Shown one piece after another: positions 1-11,721 of a stretch of 64,000 bases of DNA. The notes under the pieces are model-generated. The model saw nothing but the letters and a program-made list of their open reading frames with translations. It did no database searches and had not been told where the DNA came from. The stretch is from positions 54,312,001 to 54,376,000 of the forward strand of contig OZ241828.1 in the NCBI GenBank assembly GCA_965202585.1, written 5' to 3'. Positions within the stretch are counted from its first letter, which is position 1; the number at the start of each line of letters is the position of its first letter. The position numbers and the translations under genes are program-made. This stretch comes from Thalia democratica. Lineage: Eukaryota.

Positions 1-102
1 GGTGAGATTTACAGCCTAGACTTTCGTATGACGTGAGACAAGCTCAAGTTTAACATAAGTTCAAACACACCAATTCGATCATCAGACCACAAGCCTTCGG
101 TA

Positions 103-223
103 GACTGAGACCCGAGTTTTGTTCCTATTAGTGTTTTTTTGTATTTGTTTTTAGTGAAATATTGAGTTAATTATAAGTTATTGAATATTGAGTTCCAATA
201 AGAACAAAACCTGGGTCTCAGTT
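103..223. mobile_element. Small hairpin MITE (Tc1/mariner-type ends), copy A
   Basis: ~26-bp imperfect terminal inverted repeats (actgagacccgagttttgttcctatt / aataagaacaaaacctgggtctcagt), flanked by TA on both sides. Confidence 0.6.
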
Positions 224-1335
224 TAACTCAAAATGTATAAAAGTGATAGATTTTTAGCACACTTTTAAAAATCTATGAAAATTAACATTAAAAAATTTAC
301 AGTTCATATGTCTGTATTAGAAACTCTATTTAACAAAATATAATTTTCTAAGTTAATTAAGTCTTTAACATTCTATAAAACTGAATTATAACCATACTTA
401 ATGCTTTCATATAAAATTCAACATGATTTTTTATTAAAAAAATTCTTTTGATCCCTTTCTATTGAAGACTACATGAAAATTTAAACTCTTTAAATCAAGA
501 AATAATTTTTTTTAAGAGCATTGTTAAATTAAGAAAATTAACACAAACTAGAAGCTCCAATTATAAAAAAAACAACTTACCATTATAAAAGATAATTCAT
601 AATTGCTAAAAATAGCCATACTTTATTTAGTTTTAAAATTTGTCTAGGACATATCTCAAGGGAAAATATAAAAATTTTAAAAATGTATTAGAGCACATTC
701 TGAATAAAAAAATAAACTGAAGATCTTTATAAAATAAAAAATTGTTATAATACAAAGTTCTTTAAAATAAAATAACAGTAAAATTAATGAGTGTCAAGTC
801 TGCTGTATACATGCTTGAGCAAACTACTAAAACTTTTTAAATAAATTGACACACCAAGACATTAAAAATTTTTGAGCTAAAGCACAAATTTGATTTTACA
901 ATATAATAGTATAACATAATTAAAATCAACACAAAAACTATACAACAATTTTAAGATATGAATTCTTTAATCTTTTATTATAGAGATTTCAAACAACCTA
1001 GAATCTTAAAAACTAACTTAATCAAGTTCTTGACTTACAATGTACAATTTTTGATATATTATGTACAAAAAATAATCATGCTCTATACCTTTAAATAATA
1101 AATGACCTTAAAGTTTTTATGTGTTAGTTAAAATGTTTACATGTATTAATTAAATTAGAGTTGCCTCCTTAAAGTACGAAAATTTAGTGAAATAATAAAT
1201 TTTTTAACAATAAATATTTTTAAAAGTTATAAAGCAATGTTTTGAAAATTCACAAAAATTTTAGATGTTATTTACATTCAGTTTTTTAAAACATTTACTA
1301 ATTCAAGTCTTAATTATGCTTTTGTAAAAAATTAC

Positions 1336-2636
1336 CTTGTGTTTGATGCACTATAAATGACTTTCCACTTCCAAAGGGTGCAAAAATTCCAATTGAAAAT
1401 GGGGACTCAGCTCTGTAAATAATGTTGGCAAGAGTTTTTGAATAAACTGAGAATCCAAGATGATCAATTTCTCCAACATTGTCACCAACTAATATGTTTT
1501 CTGTTTGATATTAGTGAAATGTATTAAAAAAAATTAGTACATAAAAAGTTTAACAATTAAAAAAAAGCTTTTATTTCTTTAATATTTGATTATCTTAAAC
1601 TTAAATTTTTAAATACTACAGTGCTTAAACACTTATCCGGACAGTTTCAGTTGAAAAGAAAATTTAAAACATTTTCAATAGTAAGCACAAACATTTTTGT
1701 ATGATACAAATATTTAAGCTATCATGATGTGTAAAAAATTTCAAGGGATTTTGTAAATTCTGCAGTTTAGTTTATCATGACGTAACAATACTACTTAAGC
1801 CTACATTCAAACTTTGTTTATAACTAGTTTAGTTATCAAAAACCTTTTTAAGTAAAGTAGTTCAGTTAAAAAAAAATTAAACAATACTATTTAAAATATG
1901 ACTTACAGTTTTTTATTTGAACTTTTAAAGTTTTTTGATAATTGATTAAATTCTTAGTTTTTTAAGAAAACTTATGTATAACAGTTCTTTTATGCTTGAT
2001 TTTTATTTCAAACTTTATCATAGAAGTTGTTAATTCAAACACTTTTGTTTAAGATATGAGATGGATAATTTTTTTTTTTGTTTTATTTTTAAGTTATATA
2101 AGTTTGACACACTTAACATACCAAGTTTTAGAAATGGACAATACATCAATAAAAGAAAACAAGTTGCACTAACCATTGAAAATAAACAAGAAGTTTGTAA
2201 AATGGTAAAAAAATCAATGTGCTAAAGGTTTTTATAACAGAGTAGTTTAGCATACTCAGGTCGCATTTTTTATGACATTTTGAAAAGTAAAGAAAAGTTT
2301 AAAAAGTTCAAAGCAAAAAAGAGGACCTAAACTAAAATGCATTGCAGAATATACAGTAGTTATATTATTTAATGAAAAAATTGATTTTTTGTTTTTTTCT
2401 GGACATGTTTAGAGAAAAATCTTGCCAATCATGTCCTGATAAGTGAATAAGAACTGTACAACTACATTGATTGTACATAGTTAAGGTTATTTATTTTAAA
2501 AGTTGAGTAAAGTCTAAACTTTAACAGAAAACATTCAATTTTGTATATAAAACTGATGTTAATAACCAAATTAAATAATGTATAAATTACCTTTAGGTGA
2601 AATTACTCTTTTTATCAACTTTTCATCACTTGCCAT
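1336..2636 (-). CDS. KAP-family P-loop NTPase (NKPD1-like), copy A, first two coding exons; the rest should lie left of the window
   Basis: Exon 2636-2591 (MASDEKLIKRVISPK, phase-1 donor gtaatt) splices to exon 1500-1336 (ENILVGDNVGEIDHLGFSVYSKTLANIIYRAESPFSIGIFAPFGSGKSFIVHQTQ). This has the KAP D-x-LG N-terminal motif and an intact Walker A (APFGSGKS). Both exons are below the ORF-track cutoff. Confidence 0.85.
1619..2456 (+). mobile_element. pogo/Tigger-like non-autonomous DNA transposon, copy A
   Basis: TIRs cagtgcttaaacacttatc / gataagtgaataagaactg with TA target duplication. Internal remnant at ~2150-2320 reads KRKQVALTIENKQEVCKMV...DILKSKEKF, resembling a CENP-B-type N-terminal HTH. 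Confidence 0.75.
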
Positions 2637-2889
2637 TTCTATCTCTAATTATTGCACATTATTTTGTCTAAAAAATTACAGTATGTTTTAAGCTTCTACT
2701 AGGCTAAGAGCTTTAAAAGTCCTCATATTAAAAAAATATTAAATACATGTTGAATAAGTAACAAAATTAAAAAAAAATTATAAATTAAATAGTAATTATT
2801 ATTCTAGTAAAAGTACCCTTATTATATACTACATTTAAAAAAGACAATTACAAAACAGACACTGCATACCTTAATTTAGAACTATTATA

Positions 2890-3620
2890 TATAAAAATGG
2901 CTAAAGGATTTGAGGCTTAAATTAAATACTGATAAAACAAGGTACATGCTCTTTCAATTTGGTAAAACAAAAGTTTGAAAAATACAAAACAAGGTACTTT
3001 TTAATTCAAAATTTTTTGTACTAAATCTTTAATTCACTTCTGATAAGTCATGTAAAATACAGTTTGTTGTGTTGGAGTAGGACGAGTAAAAGCTAAAACT
3101 ACTGAGATTGATAAACTAGTAAATAAAGCATTAAGGTGCATTAATTTCTAAGGTTGGAATGAAAGTGTTAGCAGTCCAAAAATAGAAAAGAAAATATCAG
3201 ATGTTGAACATATATTTTAGTATGAGTTAGGAGTTTTTATGCACAAATCTAAAAGAGAAACTTTGCCAGTTAACTTTAAGCCATAACTTTACAAATGTTA
3301 ATAAAATTCATAATCATCTAACAAGATTTTCAAAAACAAACCTTTTTTTTCAAGAGTAAATAGTCTTTATGGCCTTAAGAAATTATCCTACCTATGTTGT
3401 AAACTATGGAAGAATTGCTTAAAAACTTAAAGGTTAAAGCTATTTTAAAGCACTTCATTGTGAAATTAGAGATAAATTACTTAAAAGACAATCAAAAAAA
3501 TATCAAGCTTAATCTTTACTTACCATTACTTAAACTTATGTCTTTGTATTGGTGTTTGTACTTTTTTTGGGCTGATTGCTGTTGGTCTCATAAACTGGGT
3601 GTATAATGGTTTTATTATTA
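2890..3620 (+). mobile_element. CR1/L2-clade LINE, decayed 3' fragment, copy A
   Basis: Broken frames read KWLKDLRLKLNTDKTRYMLF, SHVKYSLLCW, KLVNKALRCI, LPVNF, HNHLTRFS, LSYLCCKLWK. These are typical of the RT C-terminal/3' region of CR1-like elements. Borders approximate. Confidence 0.7.
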
Positions 3621-5469
3621 CTTTGTTTAAAAAAAATTTTTACTGTATATAAAATTTAATAGTGCTGTTTCATCTTCATTGATAATGTGATTAAACAAGT
3701 AGGTGTTTTTTTTTTAATTTGTTTTACTAGATTTTAAGTGTTTATCTGTTTCAGAAGATAGAGATTCTGAATTTAGGTGTGCAAACTTCATATTTTTTAG
3801 ATATTCTGATAATTTATTTCTTTTTATTAAAATTTAGTTTTAGGTTTTAAAACAGTTTATCAACCTTGTTAAAATACTTTTATTTTTACTTTATTTTTTA
3901 AAATATTTGTTAAGTTTTATTATTTTATTTTTTAAGTTTAACTGTTCAGTTTTAGGAGTGATTTTATTTTAAGTAGTTTAAACAAATTCAATCAATTAGT
4001 CTAGATTCAATTGATTAAAACTGAATTGTTTAAAAATTTATAAAACAGTTAAAAAAATTTTTAATAGCTGTAATTTTTTACCTACCTACAACCACATATA
4101 CTGAAATTTCTAGACACTATTTAAAAACACATGGTGCTCTTACAGTTTTATGACTATATTAAATAGTTTATGTATACTGACATTACTAATTCTCCCCTTT
4201 TATTTATATTTGAGATAATTGTTGTAATTTTTGTGGTTGCTCTTGGGAGGAGACTGTGGGGAGCCCATGGTAAACTATGGTTTCCATGATCAATGTTGGC
4301 AGTGATGGGTTAAAAAAGAATGCTTACCATTTCTAAAATTGGAAAAAAAGGAAAATTTTAAACTTAGAATTAATTACTTTTTAATTTTTTTCTTTTTGTC
4401 TTAATTATTTTATTATTGTTTTAAAGCTACCTCAAAGTATTAGTAACACGTTAATTGTGTGTAGCTTGATGACCAAAAGGTCTTTCTCCACACTAATCCT
4501 TAGTTGTGAGCATTCACATTTTTATTTCTCTCTTTTCTTTCTTTTACATGTGAAATTTGATTAAAATTCCAGGTTTTAATGATTTTGTTCAAAAATTTTC
4601 TAGTTCCAGGGTATTTTGCCTAAATTGTCAAATTACACAGGTACTTTCAGGTTTTTTAGCATCCCTGTAAAAAAATATAAGTTAGCTTTTCATTCAAGTT
4701 GGGCAGTTTTTATTTTTTGATAGTAAGATTTAATATAAAACTTCTCACAGTTGAAAGTGTAAAAAGAATGGAACATAATTCCAGCATAGCTACTTGTTTA
4801 TTATTCATGAAAGTTTGTATACATCCTCATTATTTTTGTATGTAGGTTGATTACTATGGAGAAAATTTCTGTGGAAGAATTTGCCTATAGATAAAATATA
4901 AACACATCCAGAAGTAAAGTGTAGAGCAGTGGAATAAAGCCCAAAACTTGCAAACTGACTCTTCTGAAACTGGAAGGATGAAAGATCTTTTTGATTAGAT
5001 TAAAATACAATTTAATTTTCTTGTTGGTTCAAATTTTATTTAACTATTTTTTTTTGTATAATGCAGTTAGTATGATTTAATTTTACACTTTACATTTTAA
5101 ACTTATTTAGATACTTTTACTTGGTTTTGGAAAATAAAAATTTTTAATTTTTGTTTTGTGTTTTCTTTTTTAGTGTGATAATGTAGAATATTAGGCTTGA
5201 GAAAACGAGAGAATTCAAAAAAAGCTTACTGTCCTGTTTTATCTTTAGTAACTTTGCATTAACAAAATTATACATAAAAGTGTAAACTGTGAGAAGTTTC
5301 ATATATAGAAGTTTGTGATTTTTTAAGTAAAACCTTTAAAAAAATCTTTGATGCAACTCGGCTGTAGTTCTAAGTTTGCTTCTGATTGGCTAATATTCTA
5401 CTAATTTAAGTTATAAAACTGTTTTTTTTTTATTTTTTAAATATGTTGAGGTTTAAACAATAAATCTCT

Positions 5470-6420
5470 AGAGAGCTTCACACTTAGGGAGTCTTTATAC
5501 AATTTAGACAAAAGTTTAAAAAATAATGGGTTTAAAACAACACTATCATATGTTCAAAATAATTCTATCGGAAAAACTAGAAGAAAATTAAGGAAAAAGA
5601 AAGTTTTTTACTACAATCCTCCTTTTAGTAGTTGTATAAAAACAAATATAAGAAAAAAATTTCTAAAAACAGTATCCAGTGATTTCCCAAAATCAGGCTT
5701 TTATGGTTCTATATTTAATAGAAATATAATTATAATTTCATATTCCTGCATGCCAAATTTAGAAAAAGAACTGTCCAATCACAACCAGAAATTACTTCAA
5801 AACTCAAATGAAACAACTAAAGAAAACAGCAAATTATGCAATTGTAGATTAAAAACTAATTGCCCAGATAACAGTGAATGTCTTACTAAAGGAGTCATTT
5901 ATAAAGCAATAGTTATGTATTACAAAAAGGAAAAATATTTACATTGGTTCAACTGGAAGACAATTCAAAAGTAGATTTTATGAACATACGCAATCTTTTA
6001 GAAATGAAAAAAAGAAAGAAAGTACAAGATTAAGTAGGTTTATGCATAAAATCAAAAATGGCAATGCTGATTAGGGAAAAATGATAAAATGGGAGATTAT
6101 TCATCGCACTAAACAAAATAAACCTAGTAAAATTTGCACCCTCTGCAATTTGGAGAGACTTGAAATTGCATCTACAGACAACAATAAACTTTTAAATTTG
6201 AGATCAGGTTTTGTGGGAAAATATAACATTTCACAAAATTTTATTTGAAGTCTTAATTGACTAAACTTAAGTTTAATTTACCTACCTTAGTTTTCATTAT
6301 ATAATTTTGTTTTGTCTTTTGATAATATTCTATTTTATTTTGATTGCAACTTGTTAGTTTGTTTACTTTGTTACTTGTGATCATTGCTCTAGCGTGAAAC
6401 AACTGTTTAGTAATTAACTC
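5470..6420 (+). mobile_element. Penelope-like retroelement (GIY-YIG endonuclease end, probably Neptune-type), decayed, copy A
   Basis: YYNPPFSSCIKTN...FPK...IFNRN...SYSCMPN...HNQK...CNCR...CP...C...VIYKA...YIGST...FKSRFYEH...KWEII...CTLCNLE, with stops and frameshifts. Borders approximate. Confidence 0.85.
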
Positions 6421-9400
6421 AATTTAAGTTTTGTATTAATTGTATTTTTTATATATTTAGGTAATAGGAGTTTGCAAAGAGGGTATAGATTGAAAGTTTT
6501 GGGTAAGGTCTGTTAGGGATAAAGTATAGATGTTTTTAACATACTGCTGTATTATCACTTTACTTCATTTGCATAATGTTATTGTTGAAAAATTTTGAAA
6601 CCTTACAACTTCAAATTTTTCTATGCACTAACTTACACTACATACTTATAGTTATAAAAATTATTTTTTCAACTGTGGGTGTTTACCTAAAATACAAGTT
6701 TAAAAGAAAAAAACTGTTAAGTAAATGCTTACCTCAGCTATTGTTTACTAAACAAAAAAGAAGTAAGTATAAAGAAAACTGACAATAACTGTTTTTAATC
6801 AGAAATCTTTACATTAACAATAAAAAAAAAACAATTTCTATACCGACGTAATTTTTTTTGATAATGCAAACTGTTTTATATTCTATTTTCGTAGAAATGT
6901 CAAACTTAATGTCTTAGTCTGAATTCTAAGAAATAAGAATCTTTAGTACAACATATTTATGTTTAGAAACAGTTTTAAAATTGTATACTCTATTATAATG
7001 AATATTAAAAGAACAAATTAAAGTTAGATAAGGTTTTTTTTACATTTATTTTAATTTAATTTTCAATGTTTTGATCTAACAATAAAGCAAACACTTTTAG
7101 ACTTAGTTTTTCTTTGGTTCATTTTAGTTGTTATAATATGTATTCATACATTTACATATTTTAGTAATTTGTTTAAGAGCTGTTAATAGTTACATTTTGC
7201 AAAGCATGGCTGACAACAAATATCCATTTGAACTTGTTGGAATTTGGTTTTTAAAATAAGTAATCTTATTAATAAAGAATCTTTAAAAGATTTACGTATA
7301 AATAATGAAAGATCTTATTTTAAAAACAAATACCAAATAATTTTCTTGTTTTTTTTATTTATAAATAAGTTTATTAGTAACTAAAAATATCAAACTATGT
7401 CGTTAAAATGTTTGAGCATCGAAAATTAAAAAAATCAACAAAATGTTTTACAATAGTTATACACTAACTTGAAATGTGTATTTTCATTTGTTTTTATTTG
7501 TCTTTAACTAAATAACTTTATATTTTTAAAAATCACTAATTGTTCAAGTGCTTTCTCTAAAAATTTACTAAGAAAACTATAAAAAAAATTAAGAACAGAA
7601 CTAAGGCAGTGTAAAGCTAATTATATAACAGGGCGATAAATAAAACTTAAAAATTTAGATTTTTTTTTTTAGTATTTAAGTTCGACAATTAAAATTCTGA
7701 CAACTAAAACCAAAAAATATATAATGTTTTAAAGTCGAATTTAGGTTTTGTAAAAGTTTTTTCCAATTATGAACGACTTTAAATATATATTATAAAATGA
7801 ATAAATATATCTGTTTTAAATGACAGTGTTAGCTAACATCAAATAAATCTCAATAAATCTTGAAAAACTTGTTAGAAAATGTAGTTTTACTTATATAACC
7901 TAATAAATTATTATGTAAAATATCAATGCCACTAACAATAATTGTCAGATTTAAACCAGCTTAAAGTCAATAGACAAAACGTTAAAAAGTATCCAAGTGG
8001 TGTGCGACTCGATAAGCGAAAGGATTTTTTGAGCACCAGGTCCTAGAACCAAATATTTTAGGGCTTTTTCTATTGTTCAGTAAACTAGTTCATATTTAAC
8101 ATATATTATATATACATGTGCTAATTTTACAATTCTGGCTACTAACTATGAAACGTATTGAGCACAGATTTGTTGAAAAACTAACGTTACAATCCATATA
8201 CTTTGACAACTGAGCTTAATAAAACTGTTAAATATTTTGTTTCTAAGTTATTCAGTGTTATCACACGTTTATATTTTATCAATTGTTAATACATTAATGC
8301 ATACAGAATTTATGTTTGATCTTACTTAAATTTCTAAGTATTTTTTTTACAAGTTTATGTTACATACCGATTAGTTTTATTATTTTTACTCAAATGTTAA
8401 TATAACTTAAGTAAATCGCAAAGTTGTACAACAAAACTAGTTTATATGCGAAGATTATCTATTAGCACATTAGATGATAATAAAAGAACTAAAAGTCGAC
8501 TAATACAAGTACTTTGTACGAAATGGGTTCTCTTTTGTTTAAAATAAAACTTTAAAACTAGATTAGTGTGAATGTTTAAAAAAGATCAAAATATACAGTT
8601 ATATAAGTAGTTACAGTTAAATAAGATTTCTAAGTAATCGATAAATTTATTTAATCACTATCTGGGATATTAATAGATTAATTTAAAATACATAAGTAAA
8701 ATAAATACATTAATGTAAGCAAGACCACGTAAGCATCATAGCTGATCAGTCTAATAACCGAATTACACTTGTTGTGTAAGAATTTGGCTGAAGTGTTTTG
8801 TTGTAGTATTTACTGTACATCCTAAAAATAATTTTGTTAGTCTAATCGTTTTATTGTTTTTAAGTTGCTGAAGATTATATTTATTTAAAATTTATTAACT
8901 TTTTGCTTATACACTGACTGATTTTTATTTAACATAAGTTTGTAAAACTATTATTTTTATCAGTTGTCAAGAAATGCAGTACAGCTTAGGTTTTTTTAAT
9001 GTTTACAAGCTTATTTTAGCGCTTATTTATACCAACTATCTCAAATAACCTTGCTTATTTGTAATTTTCTATTTAGAATTTAGCTTTCTTTTATACCATT
9101 TTTATTTTTTACATAGAACTTTATAAACTTAGTAAATCACTGTAATATGACATTAAACTGCTATTTAGTGCATTTTATTTTTATTTTTTAGTTTAACAAG
9201 TTTTTTATAATTCTATACAAAGAGTTAAACTTTAAGCTTAACTACACAAATAATTTTAAGTATGTGAATTAGTAGTTATAGTAGAATTAGTAGTATGTAT
9301 CATATAGGATAGACCATAAAAGAACCAGATTTTCTAATTGTAATAAATTTTGATTTTTCTGAAATAATAGCACGAATTCTAAGTAAACATTAATTAATAA

Positions 9401-9733
9401 AAACTAATATTACCAAACATAATTTAACTAAAATTTAAGAAATCTGTAGATAAGGAATTTGATAAGGAAAATTATCAAAAATTTTAAATAAATAGAAATT
9501 TTTTTGATAAAATCTAATAATATAAACTTAGGATGAAATTTTTACTAGCTAACTTATGAAAGCATAGTTTTAAATTTTAACATAGAAGTTGTGTGTTAAA
9601 GTTTGGTTAATTTACAAATTTTATAATAAGCTTAAAAGAACCTAACATTTTGAACTTACACTAACATTATTCAAATCATCAATTAATGTTAATTTTTATT
9701 TAGTGTCCCTTTTAGTTTATTGAAAGTTATTGT

Positions 9734-10109
9734 CAGGGTTTGCCAAATGATTTTAGCAATTTTTCTCTTGATTTTCAAAATTTCCTTCAGGTTTTTAACA
9801 CATTTTTGGGTCTATTTTAGTTTAAAATTAAGTTTAAGGTAAAAAGTAGTTGAAGATTATAAAAAAATTGAAAAGATACTGTAAATTTATTTTAAATTAG
9901 TTTTTAATAAAAAAATTGATGGTGACAAAAATTTTTACCAATATGATAAATTTTTTGTGTCAAGTGGAAATCTTTCTACTTAACTTATAAAAATTGTTTA
10001 GAATTCTTGTTTTTTCCAGTTTTTTTTTTAATTTCTCAAATTCCAAGTTTTGTAGACTAAAATGTCAAGCTCCAGTCTTTTCAGGATCACAGGTTTTTCG
10101 GTAACGCTG
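9734..10109 (+). mobile_element. CAGGGTTGCC-family MITE (~370-410 bp, hAT-like ends)
   Basis: Begins cagggtttgcc, ends ggtaacgctg. Flanks tattgt/tatagt. The empty site is visible in the third copy at 63568-63573. Confidence 0.8.
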
Positions 10110-10261
10110 TATAGTATAAAAACTTGAAAAACTAAAAAGAATAGTTGTTTTAATAAAATATATTAACGTGTTGTCAATTACAGCAATGATAATGCTCCTA
10201 GTATCTACTTTGAAATAATTTATGTCAGAAATAAAAAGTACATGTCTAGGTTTTACGAAAA

Positions 10262-10267
10262 TTTATT
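10262..10267 (-). promoter_or_regulatory. Putative AATAAA poly(A) signal of ART gene A
   Basis: AATAAA ~75 nt after the stop. Present at the equivalent position in copies B (50932-50937) and C (63701-63706). Confidence 0.55.
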
Positions 10268-10342
10268 AAAAAAGAAAGATATTATCTGTGATATTCTTAA
10301 ACCTTGTCTATAAAGAACAAGTGTACCCTGGGCAGATATGTG

Positions 10343-11721
10343 TTATGCTCGAAATTCGAAGCTTATCAAATACCTTGGTATGGTTACTTGGTAATCTGCA
10401 ACAAAGTGATCTTCTATACTTCTTCTATCAACTGAAGTATTTCTGTATCTTCTTCCCAAATGATCTCTTCTGTACTCTTGTTCAGCTTTTTCTATACGAT
10501 CTTTTCTGTACAGCTCTTCACTGATTTCCATGTTTAATTTGTTTACGTATTTTGTAAATTCAACGTCATGTGATTCATCTACGAGCCTTATAAATGAAAG
10601 ATTTTTCAATATATTACGGACACCTCGCATATTCAAGTTTTCGTGAAAAACAGTTTGCAACTTTTGCGACTCGAGAATTTCGTTGACAAACATGAGGTTT
10701 GTCTTTGTTTCAACGTTTCTTCCGCTGGAAAATAAAGAAGCCAAATCAGAACTTTCGGTTAGGTACACGCCTTCTCCGAAAAGACCATTAACAGAGTTTA
10801 TGTAACCAGTTTCTAAAATACCAGCTACACCTTTTTTACCAGTACCATGAAACAACATTAAGTTGCTGCTTTTTACATCGTCTGTTGCCTTTTTATTTTG
10901 CTCGATGACTTTGTATATTTGAGAAAGTTCTAAAGTGTCGTTGTAGTGTCCTGTCGTAGTTGTGTAAAAAAAATCTTTCACGAACTTAAACTCATCTGAA
11001 GTTTCTTTCAGCAGTTGGAGATTGTACTTCCAATTATCTTTATTAATATTTTCCAAATCTGAAAAAGAGTTAGCTTTTATTGTAAATAAATCGTAAAATA
11101 ATTTAAAACTACTTACTTATCAAAGCAGTCCATAAATTTGAACATAAGTTATATTATTTTGTTATCGTAATTGTTAAAAAATTATTTTATTTATTTTTAC
11201 TATTCTAAAAGAAAACAGTAGTTGCAAGTATTTGTTAGATAAAAGCATTCAGTATAAATAAAGATATATATGGAAGGGAACTGTTATTCAATAAATATCA
11301 TATTTATGTATATATACATATCAATATGATAGTTATTGAACAATATATTGATATACATATAAATTTAAATTTGTTGGTAATTTTTAAATTTGTTAAACTA
11401 AAACAAAATTAAAAGAATATTTTCTAGGGGGTTTTTTAAAGTAAGCCCATATTATGTTTTGAATTTTGATATACTGTCTTGTCCTAGACAAGACGTTAAA
11501 ACATAACCGTAGTGTGACACCAGATAACCGAAAGGTTCTTCGTGCACCAGGGTTTATAGGGTAAATAACTAGTATAGGGAAACTGTTTTGAAATTTATAC
11601 CCTGTAGGCAATTATAAAAATAAGTTTTGAAAATCCTTCTTTTAATCTATTTGATTGATCACAAACAGTTTTATTAAAACCACGCGATAAAGCTAACCTT
11701 ACTTGATGACCAAAATGTCAT
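10343..11721 (-). CDS. Stand-alone PARP-fold (ARTD-like) ADP-ribosyltransferase, 244 aa, copy A (intact)
   Basis: Exon 1 11721-11703 (MTFWSS, donor gtaagg, phase 1) plus exon 2 11058-10343 (acceptor tttcag) gives 735 nt in frame. Motifs: LFHGT, GLFGEGVYL, LASLF, DHFVADYQVTIPRYLI. Confidence 0.88.

Noticed and set aside
25-100. Minus-strand CTGATGA ... CGAAA as a hammerhead ribozyme
   Set aside because: I could not form stems I and III, stem II closure is non-canonical, and copy B lacks GAAA.
4740-4990. Moderately GC-rich block (also 45470-45730) as a separate gene
   Set aside because: All frames are interrupted or unrecognisable; probably an old TE fragment, but I cannot support a call.
11114-11145. 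ATG GAC TGC TTT GAT AA|gtaagt as ART exon 1
   Set aside because: The donor is phase 2 but the downstream acceptor needs phase 1 (the splice gives a stop after a few codons). The exon at 11721-11703 fits the phase and is conserved in both copies.
11393-11611. 72-aa ORF also present at 52022-52234
   Set aside because: Lies in ART intron 1, starts at TTG, and the two copies differ by a frameshift near the end; similarity reflects the duplication.
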